A stretch of DNA of 64,000 nucleotides. It comes from Xanthobacteraceae bacterium (lineage in GTDB: Bacteria > Pseudomonadota > Alphaproteobacteria > Rhizobiales > Xanthobacteraceae). The DNA lies in contig JASHQS010000260.1 in NCBI GenBank assembly GCA_030038995.1, positions 327 to 64,326 of the forward strand, read 5' to 3'. The position numbers and the translations under genes are program-made. The notes under the pieces are model-generated. The model ran no database searches. It was given only the letters and a program-made list of their open reading frames with translations, and was not told the origin of the DNA. Position 1 is the stretch's first letter. Every line of letters starts with the position of its first letter. Positions 27,274-35,710 of this stretch are shown one piece after another.

Positions 27274-28233
27274 ATGCGTCACAAGGCGCGGATTATCGCC
27301 GGCATGGCGGCCGCCTGCGGCGCGGCGGCGGGCGTGACCGCCGCCGCGGCGCGGGACTATCCGAGCCGCGTCGTCCAGATCATCGTGCCGACCACGGCCG
27401 GCTCCAGCGCCGACATTTTGGGCCGCGTCTTGGCCGACGGTTTTTCATCGCGGCTCGGCAAGCCGTTCATCATCGTCGACCGGCCGGGAGCCAACGGCGT
27501 GCTCGGCACCGCCGACGTGGCGCGCGCCAACCCCGACGGTTACACGCTGATGCACGGCGCCACGTACTCGATCACGGTGCAGCCGCTGATCGACAAACAG
27601 GCCGGCTATACGATCAAATCCTTCACGCCGGTCTGCCAAACGTTCAAGAACGATCAGGTCGTGGTGGTGCCGCCGAACTCGCCGCTCAAGAGCGCGCGCG
27701 ACATCGTCGAGGCGACCAGGCGCAAGCCCGGCGGGCTCAATGTCGCCGTTCCGGGTATCGCCACGATCCCGCATCTCGCCATGATCGCGTGGGCCGACCA
27801 GGCCAAGGTCGCGTTCAACGACGTGCCCTATAAAGGCCCGGCCGAGGAAATGCAGGCGGTACGCGCGGGGCAGATCGACTTCGCCGCGGTGCCGCTGACC
27901 GCGGCCGCCGGCAGCGGCCTGCCGATGCCGGGACTATTCGCCGAAGCCCGCAATCCGGCGCTGCCTAACGTGCCGACCTTCAAGGAGCAGGGTTACGACG
28001 TGGCGCCGCTGAGCTATGGCGGCCTGTTGGGGCCGGCCGGCATGCCGGCCGAGGTCACGCGCAAGCTCGAAGCCGCCTGTATCGCCGTCATGAAGAGCGC
28101 CGCCGCCCAGAAGGTGGTCAGGAATACGCTGCAGCCGGCCGGCTATTTCGCCGACAGCGCCGGTTTCGCCCGCAATCTGGCGACCGATACGGCCGAGAAG
28201 AACCGCCTGGTGCCGCTTCTGCATCCGCACTGA
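27274..28233 (+). CDS. Bug/TctC family tripartite tricarboxylate transporter substrate-binding protein
   Basis: Signal peptide, then DYPSRVVQIIVPTTAGSSADILGRVLA...DRPGANG, typical of the Bug family. GGGAGGA SD. Confidence 0.85.
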   Translation: MRHKARIIAGMAAACGAAAGVTAAAARDYPSRVVQIIVPTTAGSSADILGRVLADGFSSRLGKPFIIVDRPGANGVLGTADVARANPDGYTLMHGATYSITVQPLIDKQAGYTIKSFTPVCQTFKNDQVVVVPPNSPLKSARDIVEATRRKPGGLNVAVPGIATIPHLAMIAWADQAKVAFNDVPYKGPAEEMQAVRAGQIDFAAVPLTAAAGSGLPMPGLFAEARNPALPNVPTFKEQGYDVAPLSYGGLLGPAGMPAEVTRKLEAACIAVMKSAAAQKVVRNTLQPAGYFADSAGFARNLATDTAEKNRLVPLLHPH

Positions 28234-28287
28234 GCAGTGCGGCGCTTTGCGCCCGTTGTCTGAAAGGGCCGTCGGCGCCTTGCCGCT

Positions 28288-28305
28288 GTAATGTTATAAT
28301 ATTAC
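28288..28305. promoter_or_regulatory. Zur box GTAATGTTATAATATTAC containing a TATAAT -10 hexamer
   Basis: 18-bp palindrome with one mismatch. Matches the GTAATG..ATAAC/TATTAC Zur operators I recall for Alphaproteobacteria. Lies 55 bp upstream of znuA. Confidence 0.6.
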
Positions 28306-28359
28306 ATTTTGCCGGTCCGCTCGCGCCGCTCGGTCGGGTGGCGATCAACGGGACCGGCC

Positions 28360-29250
28360 ATGACGAGGCTGCTCAAGATATTGCTCGGGGTCGCAGCCGC
28401 GCTCGCCGTCGCGGTTGCGGCGGCGCCTGTGCGGGCGGCCGAAAAGAAGATCGCCGTGGTCGCGGCCGAGAATTTTTATGGCGACGTGGCGCGGCAGATC
28501 GGCGGCGACCGGATTTCGGTCACCTCGGTGCTGGGCAATCCCGACCAGGACCCGCATCTGTTCGAAGTCACGCCCGCCATCGTTCGCCGGATCGCCGCCG
28601 CGAACGTCGTCATCTACAACGGCGCCGCTTACGATTCGTGGATGGACAAGCTGCTCGAGGTCAGCGCCGCGCCCGGACGCGCCGTCATCGTGGCGGCCGA
28701 TCTCGTGCACAGCAAGGCCGGCGACAATCCGCACCTCTGGTACGATCCGCCGACCATGCCGGCGGTCGCCACCGCGCTTGCGGCGGCGCTCGGCACGATG
28801 GATCCCGCCCACAAGGACGGCTACGCGGCGCGGCTGAAGACGTTTCTCGCTTCGCTTGCGCCGCTCGATGAAAAAATCGCCGCCCTGCGCGCCAAATATG
28901 CCGGCGCGCCGGTCACCGCGACCGAGCCGGTGTTCGGCGACATGGCGGCGGCGCTGGGGCTCGTCATGCGCAACGCGTCGTTCCAGCTCGCGGTCATGAA
29001 CAACACCGAGCCGAGCGCCCGCGATCTGGCACAATTCGAAGACGACCTGAAAAAGCAGAAGGTGCGGGCGATGTTCTACAACACGCAGGCAGCGGACCGC
29101 CTGGTGCGGCGGCTGGTCGAGCTGGCGCGCGCCGACGGCGTTCCGGTGGTCGGCGTGACCGAGACCTGCCCGCCGGATCTGTCGTATCAGGCCTGGATGC
29201 GGCGCGAGCTCGACGCCACCGCCAAGGCGTTGGCCGGGCCGGGCTCATGA
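28360..29250 (+). CDS. znuA: zinc/manganese ABC transporter substrate-binding protein (TroA/ZnuA family)
   Basis: Signal peptide plus ...ENFYGDVARQIGGD...DPHLFEVTP...NPHLWYDP motifs. Zur box upstream. Confidence 0.8.
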   Translation: MTRLLKILLGVAAALAVAVAAAPVRAAEKKIAVVAAENFYGDVARQIGGDRISVTSVLGNPDQDPHLFEVTPAIVRRIAAANVVIYNGAAYDSWMDKLLEVSAAPGRAVIVAADLVHSKAGDNPHLWYDPPTMPAVATALAAALGTMDPAHKDGYAARLKTFLASLAPLDEKIAALRAKYAGAPVTATEPVFGDMAAALGLVMRNASFQLAVMNNTEPSARDLAQFEDDLKKQKVRAMFYNTQAADRLVRRLVELARADGVPVVGVTETCPPDLSYQAWMRRELDATAKALAGPGS

Positions 29251-30089
29251 GCGTCATCGCGCTCGATCATGTGACGCTGAGCGTCGGCGGGCGCGGGGTG
29301 CTCGGCGACGTGAGCTGCGCCATCGCGGCCGGCGAGTTCATCGGCGTGCTCGGCCCCAACGGCGCCGGCAAGACGACGCTGTTTCGCGCCGTTCTCGGCC
29401 TCATCCGGCCGGACGCCGGCAGCATTCGCGTGTTCGGCCGCGCCCCGCAGCGCGGCGACGCCGCCATCGGTTACCTGCCGCAGGTGCGCACGCTCGCGCC
29501 GGATTTGCGCGTGCGCGGCCTCGATTTCATTGCCAGCTCCGTGCGCGGCGAACGCTGGGGGCTGCCGCTGCGCTCGCGTCGCGAACGCGAGGCCGTCGAA
29601 AAAACGCTGGCCGCCATCGGCGCGCGCGAGCTTGCCGAACGGCCGCTTGCCGCCATGTCGGGCGGCGAGCGCCAGCGCTTGCTGCTCGCCCAGGCGCTGC
29701 TCGGCGAACCGAAACTGCTGCTGCTCGACGAGCCGCTGATCAGCCTCGATCAGCATCACCAGGAATCCGTGGTCGCGCTGGTGCGCGGCTTTGCCCGCGA
29801 GCGCGGCATCACGGTGTTGTTTTCGGCGCACGAGCTGAACCAGCTGATCGGCGCGCTCGATCGCGTGCTCTATCTCGGCAACGGCCAGGCCGCGCTCGGC
29901 ACCGTGGCCGAAGTGATGACCGCGCCGGTGTTGTCGCGGCTTTACGATGCGAACATCGAAGTGGTGCGTGCCGACGGCCATATCTTCGTGCTGTCGCGCG
30001 GCCGCAACGTCGAGCGCTCCGACCATCTGCACGACCACGGCCACGCCCACGGCCGCGACCAGCATCACCACGACCATCGCCATGCTTGA
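29247..30089 (+). CDS. znuC: zinc ABC transporter ATP-binding protein with a His-rich C-terminal tail
   Basis: GPNGAGKTT Walker A, LSGGERQR signature, LLLLDEP Walker B. Tail HLHDHGHAHGRDQHHHDHRHA. ATGA overlap with znuA. Confidence 0.85.
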   Translation: MSVIALDHVTLSVGGRGVLGDVSCAIAAGEFIGVLGPNGAGKTTLFRAVLGLIRPDAGSIRVFGRAPQRGDAAIGYLPQVRTLAPDLRVRGLDFIASSVRGERWGLPLRSRREREAVEKTLAAIGARELAERPLAAMSGGERQRLLLAQALLGEPKLLLLDEPLISLDQHHQESVVALVRGFARERGITVLFSAHELNQLIGALDRVLYLGNGQAALGTVAEVMTAPVLSRLYDANIEVVRADGHIFVLSRGRNVERSDHLHDHGHAHGRDQHHHDHRHA

Positions 30090-30891
30090 ATACGATTTCA
30101 TGCGCAACGCGTTCGCGGCCGCGGGCGTGGCGGCTGTGGTGTCGGGCCTGGTCGGTTATTTCCTGGTGCTGCGCGGCCAAACCTTCGCCGGCCATGCGCT
30201 CGGCCATATCGGCTTTGCCGGCGCCACCGGCGCGGTGTTGATCGGCATGGCGTCGGTCTGGGGTCTGGTCGGTTTCACGGTCGCCGCCGGCATCGCGATC
30301 GGCTTGTTGGGCGAGCACGTCAGCGGCCGCGACGTCGCCATCGGCGTGGTGCTGGCGCTGGCGCTCGGCTTCGGGCTCTTGTTTCTGCACTACTACACGG
30401 CGTTCGCCGCGCAGGCGACGGCTTTGCTGTTCGGCAACGTGCTGGCGGTCGACCGCTCGACCATCGTGACGCTGCTCGGCCTCGGCGCGGTGACGCTGGC
30501 GGCGCTGGCGGCGATCATGCGGCCGTTGCTTTTTCTCACCCTCCAACCCGAGCTCGCCGAGGCCAAAGGCGTGCCGCTGCGCTTCGTGTCGACCGCCTTC
30601 ATGGCGATCGTCGCGCTCGCGGTATCGGAGAGCGCGCAGATCGTCGGCGTGCTCTTGGTGTTTGCGCTGATGGTCGGCCCGCTGGCCACGGCGCAGCGCC
30701 TGGTTGCCGGGCTGTGGAGCGGCATGATTTTGTCTGCCGTGCTGGCCTTGGCCGAGGCTTGGTTCGGCATCGCCATGGCCTATGCGACCGATTGGCCGGT
30801 CAGCTTCTGTATCGCGCTCTTGAGCGCGCTCGGCTATTTTCTCAGCCGCGGTCATTGGCCGGCACGGCATTCCGCCGCGGCGCAGGGATAA
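30082..30891 (+). CDS. znuB: zinc ABC transporter permease
   Basis: ABC-3 family membrane protein (MLEYDFMRNAF...). The start overlaps the znuC end. Confidence 0.85.
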   Translation: MLEYDFMRNAFAAAGVAAVVSGLVGYFLVLRGQTFAGHALGHIGFAGATGAVLIGMASVWGLVGFTVAAGIAIGLLGEHVSGRDVAIGVVLALALGFGLLFLHYYTAFAAQATALLFGNVLAVDRSTIVTLLGLGAVTLAALAAIMRPLLFLTLQPELAEAKGVPLRFVSTAFMAIVALAVSESAQIVGVLLVFALMVGPLATAQRLVAGLWSGMILSAVLALAEAWFGIAMAYATDWPVSFCIALLSALGYFLSRGHWPARHSAAAQG

Positions 30892-30894
30892 AGC

Positions 30895-31821
30895 ATGAGC
30901 GAGCAAACCGGACGCGCCGTCTGCGTCGGTGAGGTTTTGATCGAGCTCAAGCGCGGCGGCGACGGCCGCTTTGCGCTGTCCTGCGGCGGCGACACGTTCA
31001 ACACCGCCGTCTATTTGGCGCGCGCCGGCATCAACGTCGCCTTTGCGAGCGCGATCGGCGACGATCCGTATTCCGACAGCATGCTGGCGCTGGCGGCGGC
31101 GGAAGGCATCGCCACGAATCTCGTGCTGCGCGTTCCCGGCCGGCTGCCGGCGCTTTGTCTGGTCGAAAGCGGTCCGGGCGGCGAGCGCAACGCGCGCTAT
31201 TGGCGCGACGGCGCGCCGGTGCACGAGCTGTTCGAATTGCCGGACTGGATGCGCCTCGCCGCAGGCTTGGTCGGTGCGAAGCTGATCTACTTCTCCGGCA
31301 TCACGCTGTCGCTGTTGTCGACCAACGGCATCGGCCGCTTTCTCGCCGTGCTCGAAGTGGCGCGGCGCCAGGGCGCCAAGGTGGCGTTCGACGGCAACTT
31401 CCGGCCGCGCGGCTGGAAAGGCGATCTGCCGCGCACCCGCACCGTTTTCATCGAAACGCTCAAGCGCGTCGATATGGCGCTGCCGACCTTCGACGACGAA
31501 GCGGTGCTGTGGGGCGATCCGAGCCCGGAAGCGACGGTGGCGCGGCTGCAAGCCTTCGGCATCGGCGAGATCGTGGTCAAGAACGGGCCGAACAGCGCGC
31601 TGGTCGCCAGCGCCGGCGCCCAGGACTTCGTGCCGGTGCCCGAAGTTTTGGTGCCGGTCGACACCACCGCCGCGGGCGACGGTTTCAATGCCGGCTATCT
31701 GGCGGCGCGGTTGTCCGGCAGCGAGCCGCTGCAGGCGGCGGCCGCCGCCCATCACCTCGCCGGCCACGTGATCCGCCACGCCGGCGCGCTGGCACCGCGC
31801 GTCGGAGCGGCGATGCATTGA
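30895..31821 (+). CDS. PfkB family sugar kinase (2-dehydro-3-deoxygluconokinase-like)
   Basis: C-terminal DTTAAGDGFNAGYL motif and N-terminal GG dipeptide region. Confidence 0.75.
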   Translation: MSEQTGRAVCVGEVLIELKRGGDGRFALSCGGDTFNTAVYLARAGINVAFASAIGDDPYSDSMLALAAAEGIATNLVLRVPGRLPALCLVESGPGGERNARYWRDGAPVHELFELPDWMRLAAGLVGAKLIYFSGITLSLLSTNGIGRFLAVLEVARRQGAKVAFDGNFRPRGWKGDLPRTRTVFIETLKRVDMALPTFDDEAVLWGDPSPEATVARLQAFGIGEIVVKNGPNSALVASAGAQDFVPVPEVLVPVDTTAAGDGFNAGYLAARLSGSEPLQAAAAAHHLAGHVIRHAGALAPRVGAAMH

Positions 31822-31837
31822 GCAGATCGCCTCGCCA

Positions 31838-32330
31838 GCGTAACGGCGCGAGATAGGCGGTAAAGGCTTGCGGGTCGGCCGGCGCCGCATGATCGGCGAA
31901 GCAGTTGAGCCGGCCGGCGGCATGAGCGGCGGCAAGCTTGGCGAGGAACAGCCGGCGGAACAGGCGCGAGAGCGCACGCACGGGGAGGAAGAATCCCAGC
32001 CGGCATGCGATCCAACGCTTGCCATCGGGCGAGATTCCGCCGCCCGGCGCGATCATATGTCACGTGCGGACGATGGGTCATTGCCGCGCCCCAGGCGTGC
32101 ACCAAGCGTGCAGCACCGCGGTGATGCCGACGCTGGCGCCGCGATGCTCGGGTCGGCAGCACTGGGCTAAGGCGCTTCTCGGATGCAGCGCGGCGCTGCA
32201 CGGCGCATCGCTCGACGCCTTTGCCGAATGTTTGCGCAACGATTCGACCAAAAAGTGTGTCGCGCAATCCGGGCACGCCGATTGAGGTAGTCCGGGCTCG
32301 GCCGAAACAAACCTTTTGCCGCGCACTTCC
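31838..32330 (-). mobile_element. frameshifted, truncated IS91-family (Y2) transposase remnant
   Basis: Across three frames: ...GITAVLHAW / GAAMTHRPHV / MIAPGGGISPDGKRWIACRLGFFLPVRALSRLFRRLFLAKLAAAHAAGRL...AYLAPLR. These match the conserved central block of IS91-type transposases, but both ends are missing. Confidence 0.6.
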
Positions 32331-32353
32331 GTGCACGTTCACCAGCCGGGCAT

Positions 32354-32399
32354 TGACCAGAACGAGTTTCAGGACTAACATGCATACAAAATACATATT
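32354..32399 (+). promoter_or_regulatory. putative sigma70-like promoter (TTGACC-16-TAACAT) overlapped by an NsrR-type 11-1-11 operator AACATGCATAC-A-AAATACATATT (32377-32399)
   Basis: Compared by eye with the enterobacterial NsrR consensus AAGATGCATTT-N-AAATGCATCTT: 8/11 and 9/11 matches. Lies immediately upstream of the oxidase-like operon. Confidence 0.4.
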
Positions 32400-32948
32400 A
32401 TGGGGGAGGTCGCCGTGATCCAGGACGTGGTGTGGAGCGTCTCGATCATCCTGATGGGGGCGCTTGCCCTGGTGTTCATCTGGGTGGCGACAGGGGCGAG
32501 CGTGGCAATCGCCAATTACGGTCCGGTGATCGATGCGGCCTATCGGCTGCGCGTCTGGCTGTTCGGGATCGCCCTTATCGTCCTGATCGGCACCAACTAT
32601 AAGACCGTCGGCGAACTGCCCTATATCAACACGCTGCCGCCTTTACCTGCCGCGGCCGTGCAACCCGTCCAGGTCGTTGGCCAGCAGTGGATGTGGACCA
32701 TCACGCCCAATACCTTCAAGGTCGGCCAGACCGCCGAGTTCCAGGTCACCAGCAAGGACGTGAACCACGGCTTCGGGCTCTATGATCCGGAGTTCCGCAT
32801 CGTCGCGGAGGTTCAGGCGATGCCCGGCTACACCAACGTACTGCGCTACCAGTTCACCGAGCCCGGCACCTATCAGGTGCTGTGCCTCGAATATTGCGGC
32901 GTCGCCCACCACGCGATGCAGGCGCAGATCAAAGTGACCGACCACTAA
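32400..32948 (+). CDS. heme-copper oxidase subunit II-like cupredoxin with an intact CuA site (NorS-like)
   Basis: Two N-terminal TM helices. VNHGFG ... CLEYCGVAHHAM equals H...CxExCxxxHxxM. The likely true start is GTG 32415, 5 nt after GGGGGAGG. Confidence 0.85.
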   Translation: MGEVAVIQDVVWSVSIILMGALALVFIWVATGASVAIANYGPVIDAAYRLRVWLFGIALIVLIGTNYKTVGELPYINTLPPLPAAAVQPVQVVGQQWMWTITPNTFKVGQTAEFQVTSKDVNHGFGLYDPEFRIVAEVQAMPGYTNVLRYQFTEPGTYQVLCLEYCGVAHHAMQAQIKVTDH

Positions 32949-32997
32949 GGCCGCAGATTTTCAGGCGCCGAGCGACCGAGCGATCAGGGAGGACACT

Positions 32998-34458
32998 ATG
33001 ACGATTGCAGCCACCGCAGGCCGCACCGCGATCAACCCGCGCGCAGCCGTACTCGCCTATCTCGCCGTCTCGGGGATCGTCCTTCTCTTGATGATGCTCC
33101 TGGGCCTGACCATGCGGCTCGCCCAGGCGCAATGGATCGACGTGTCGCCCGATTTCTTCTACGTGGTCATGACCATGCACGGCGCCGGCATGGTCGGCAT
33201 TGCCGGCTTGTGCAGCGCCGCGGTCATGTGGCACTTCGTGCGCCGCCACGTCCCGGTCTCGACCGCGGTCTTCCTCACCAATCTCGTGTTCTTTCTGATC
33301 GGCGCCGTGCTGATTCTCGGCGCTGGTTTCATCGGCGGATTCGGCGCCGCCTGGACGTTCCTGTTCCCGTTGCCGGCGCATTCCGGCGGGTTGTGGTCGG
33401 TGAATGCCGCGGCTGCCTATCTCGTCGGCTTGATTTTCATTGGTGTCGGATTCCTGTTGCTGCATCTCGACATCGCTCGCGGCATCCTCTCCGTCTACGG
33501 CGGGCTCGGCGCCGCGCTCGGGGTCAAGCAGGCGTTCGGTCTGGCGCACGGCGAGGAGGGACCGCCGCCGGCCGTCACCGCTTCGACGATGGCGCTGATC
33601 GCCAACATCCTTGGCATCTTGGTGGGCGCCGCGGTGCTCATTATCTCGCTGGTCAATTTGTACGTGCCGAGCTTCACCTTCAACGCGCTTGCGGCGAAGA
33701 ACCTGATCTATTATTTTGGGCATACCTTCATCAACGTCACGATCTACATGGCGGTGATCGCCGTCTACGAGATCCTGCCGATCTATGCCCATCGAGCCTG
33801 GAAGACAAACTGGGCATTCTATCTGGCGTGGGTCCTCTCGACCGTGTTCGTGCTCACCGTCTACACCCATCACCTGCTGATGGATTTCGCCATGCCGACT
33901 TGGACCCTGGTCGCCGGGCAGGTGATTTCATGGCTGAGCGGGCTGCCGGTGCTGCTGGTTACCGCCTTCGGAACGCTGACCGTCGTCTACCGTTCCGGGT
34001 TGCGCTGGAATCCGGCGGCAGCTTTGGTGTTCCTCGGCGTGGCCGGCTGGGCGATCGGGGTCATCCCGGCGATCGCTGACGGTACCATCGCCGTCAACAG
34101 CGTCATGCACAACACGCAATGGGTGCCGGGTCATTTCCATACCTATCTGCTGCTCGGCATGGTGGCGATGGTGCTCGGTTTCATGACCTATCTCACCAAC
34201 CCACAGTCACGCTACGGCGTTGCTTGGCTGGGCTATTGGCTCTATCTGCTCGGCGGCGTGGTGTTCGTGCTGGCCTTCCTGAGCGCCGGCAGCGCCAGCG
34301 TGCCGCGGCGCTACGCGGTGCACGTTGCACAATGGCTGCCCTACGACCGGATCGGATCGATCGGCGCCGCTTGCGCCATCGCCGGCGTCCTGATCTTGAT
34401 AGTGCGGTTCTTTGTCGGCATGCGCACCGCCGCAAGTGCGCAAGATCCAAGCGGATGA
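32998..34458 (+). CDS. heme-copper oxidoreductase subunit I, divergent B-like family lacking the HPxVY tyrosine (NorY-like)
   Basis: H61 (TMHGAG), H242 in GHTFIN, H291-H292 (THHLLMD), H379/H381 (GHFHTY). AGGGAGGA SD. Confidence 0.9.
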   Translation: MTIAATAGRTAINPRAAVLAYLAVSGIVLLLMMLLGLTMRLAQAQWIDVSPDFFYVVMTMHGAGMVGIAGLCSAAVMWHFVRRHVPVSTAVFLTNLVFFLIGAVLILGAGFIGGFGAAWTFLFPLPAHSGGLWSVNAAAAYLVGLIFIGVGFLLLHLDIARGILSVYGGLGAALGVKQAFGLAHGEEGPPPAVTASTMALIANILGILVGAAVLIISLVNLYVPSFTFNALAAKNLIYYFGHTFINVTIYMAVIAVYEILPIYAHRAWKTNWAFYLAWVLSTVFVLTVYTHHLLMDFAMPTWTLVAGQVISWLSGLPVLLVTAFGTLTVVYRSGLRWNPAAALVFLGVAGWAIGVIPAIADGTIAVNSVMHNTQWVPGHFHTYLLLGMVAMVLGFMTYLTNPQSRYGVAWLGYWLYLLGGVVFVLAFLSAGSASVPRRYAVHVAQWLPYDRIGSIGAACAIAGVLILIVRFFVGMRTAASAQDPSG

Positions 34459-35066
34459 CGCGCGGCTTTCCAGTTCTGCTCGCTTTCGTCCTGTCGATCG
34501 GGATTGGTACGCTCGCCTTCGAAACTGACGGTTTCCGCGTCGTCACCAGCGCCGGCGCGCGGCAATTGTCGATCGAACGCGCGCCGCAAGGCGTGCCGGA
34601 CGCCCAGCTCGTCGATCAGGACGGTACGCCGTTCACGTTGGCCGACTATAAGGGCCGGCCGGTGCTGATCGACTTCATATATACGCGCTGTCCGACGATC
34701 TGCACCGCGCTGGGCGACGATTTCGCGCGCCTGCGGCAGCTCATGGGCGGGACGCGAGCGCACGCTGCAATCGATCTCCTCAGTATCAGCTTCGATCCGA
34801 CCGACAACCGCGCGGCGCTGCGGCTTTACGGCGACCGCTTCGGCGCCAAGGCGCCGCGCTGGCGCATTGCCGCAGCCGCCGACCAGCGCGCGCGTGCCGC
34901 ATTGCTGCACAGCTTCGGCGTCGTGGTGATTCCCGACGGCCTGGGCGGCTTCATTCACAACGACGCCGTCTATGTGGTGGATGCGCAGGGCCGCCTCGCC
35001 CGCATTCTCGATTCCGATGCGCCGGACCGGCTTCTCGCTGCGGCCGTGCAGGTCGCGGCGCCATGA
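34455..35066 (+). CDS. senC: SCO1/SenC family copper chaperone
   Basis: N-terminal TM helix plus YTRCPTIC (CxxxC) thioredoxin-fold motif. ATGA overlap with subunit I. Confidence 0.85.
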   Translation: MTRGFPVLLAFVLSIGIGTLAFETDGFRVVTSAGARQLSIERAPQGVPDAQLVDQDGTPFTLADYKGRPVLIDFIYTRCPTICTALGDDFARLRQLMGGTRAHAAIDLLSISFDPTDNRAALRLYGDRFGAKAPRWRIAAAADQRARAALLHSFGVVVIPDGLGGFIHNDAVYVVDAQGRLARILDSDAPDRLLAAAVQVAAP

Positions 35067-35683
35067 ACGCCCGGCTTCTCGCAGCAGCCACGGGATCGTG
35101 GCTCGTTCTCTGGCTGCCGCCCATCCGCCACACGCTCGAAAGCGATATGGTGCTGCATATGGCGGTGCAGGTGCCGCTGCTGATCATGCTGGGCGTCCTC
35201 GTCGCCGTGGTCGCGCGCGACCGCGAGCCGCGTTGGCTCGCCGATGCCGACTGGCTCGGCATTCCAGGCATCGTGGCGGTCGTGCTGGGCACCTCATTCT
35301 GGATGCTGCCGCGGGCGCTGGATCAGGCGGTCTCCGATCCGTGGGCCGATCTCATCAAGTTCTTAAGCCTGCCGTTGCTGGTCGGCGTGCCCTTGGGCTT
35401 GAGCTGGCGGCGGATGCCGCCGCTCGGGCGCGCGTTCATCTGGGCCAACTTCATTCCCAAACTCGGCGCCATAGGCGGCCTGTATCTCGGCGCGCCGACG
35501 CGGCTTTGCGCCTATTACCGGCTTGACCAACAGGAACTCGCCGGCTGGACCCTGATCGCCATCGCGGTCGCGCTGGGAATGACGTGGTTCTTTGCCGCGT
35601 TTGTCGGCTGGACGCCGAGCTGCGCGAAACAATCCCCACGCCGCTCGGGCGGCTTTCTCATTGCGGCAGTGGGAGGGAATTGA
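35063..35683 (+). CDS. polytopic membrane protein, CtaG(caa3)-like assembly factor candidate (the 'orf1' position of norSY-senC-orf1 clusters)
   Basis: About 6 hydrophobic helices. The HMAVQVPLLIMLG motif is reminiscent of the Caa3_CtaG family. ATGA overlap with senC. Confidence 0.5.
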   Translation: MNARLLAAATGSWLVLWLPPIRHTLESDMVLHMAVQVPLLIMLGVLVAVVARDREPRWLADADWLGIPGIVAVVLGTSFWMLPRALDQAVSDPWADLIKFLSLPLLVGVPLGLSWRRMPPLGRAFIWANFIPKLGAIGGLYLGAPTRLCAYYRLDQQELAGWTLIAIAVALGMTWFFAAFVGWTPSCAKQSPRRSGGFLIAAVGGN

Positions 35684-35710
35684 CGCCACTCACTTCGGGA
35701 AAGGGAGTTG

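Noticed and set aside
29809-32025. 738-aa minus-strand ORF across znuC/znuB/kinase. The 742-aa ORF 57049-59277 and the 582-aa ORF 49831-51579 are similar.
   Set aside because: All are antisense to confidently identified genes (ABC transporter, TonB receptor, aminotransferase) and have shadow-ORF composition.
31685-32396. ORFs 31685-32056 and 31752-32396 as intact genes.
   Set aside because: They are different frames of one decayed IS91-type transposase. Conserved blocks switch frame, and both protein termini are absent.
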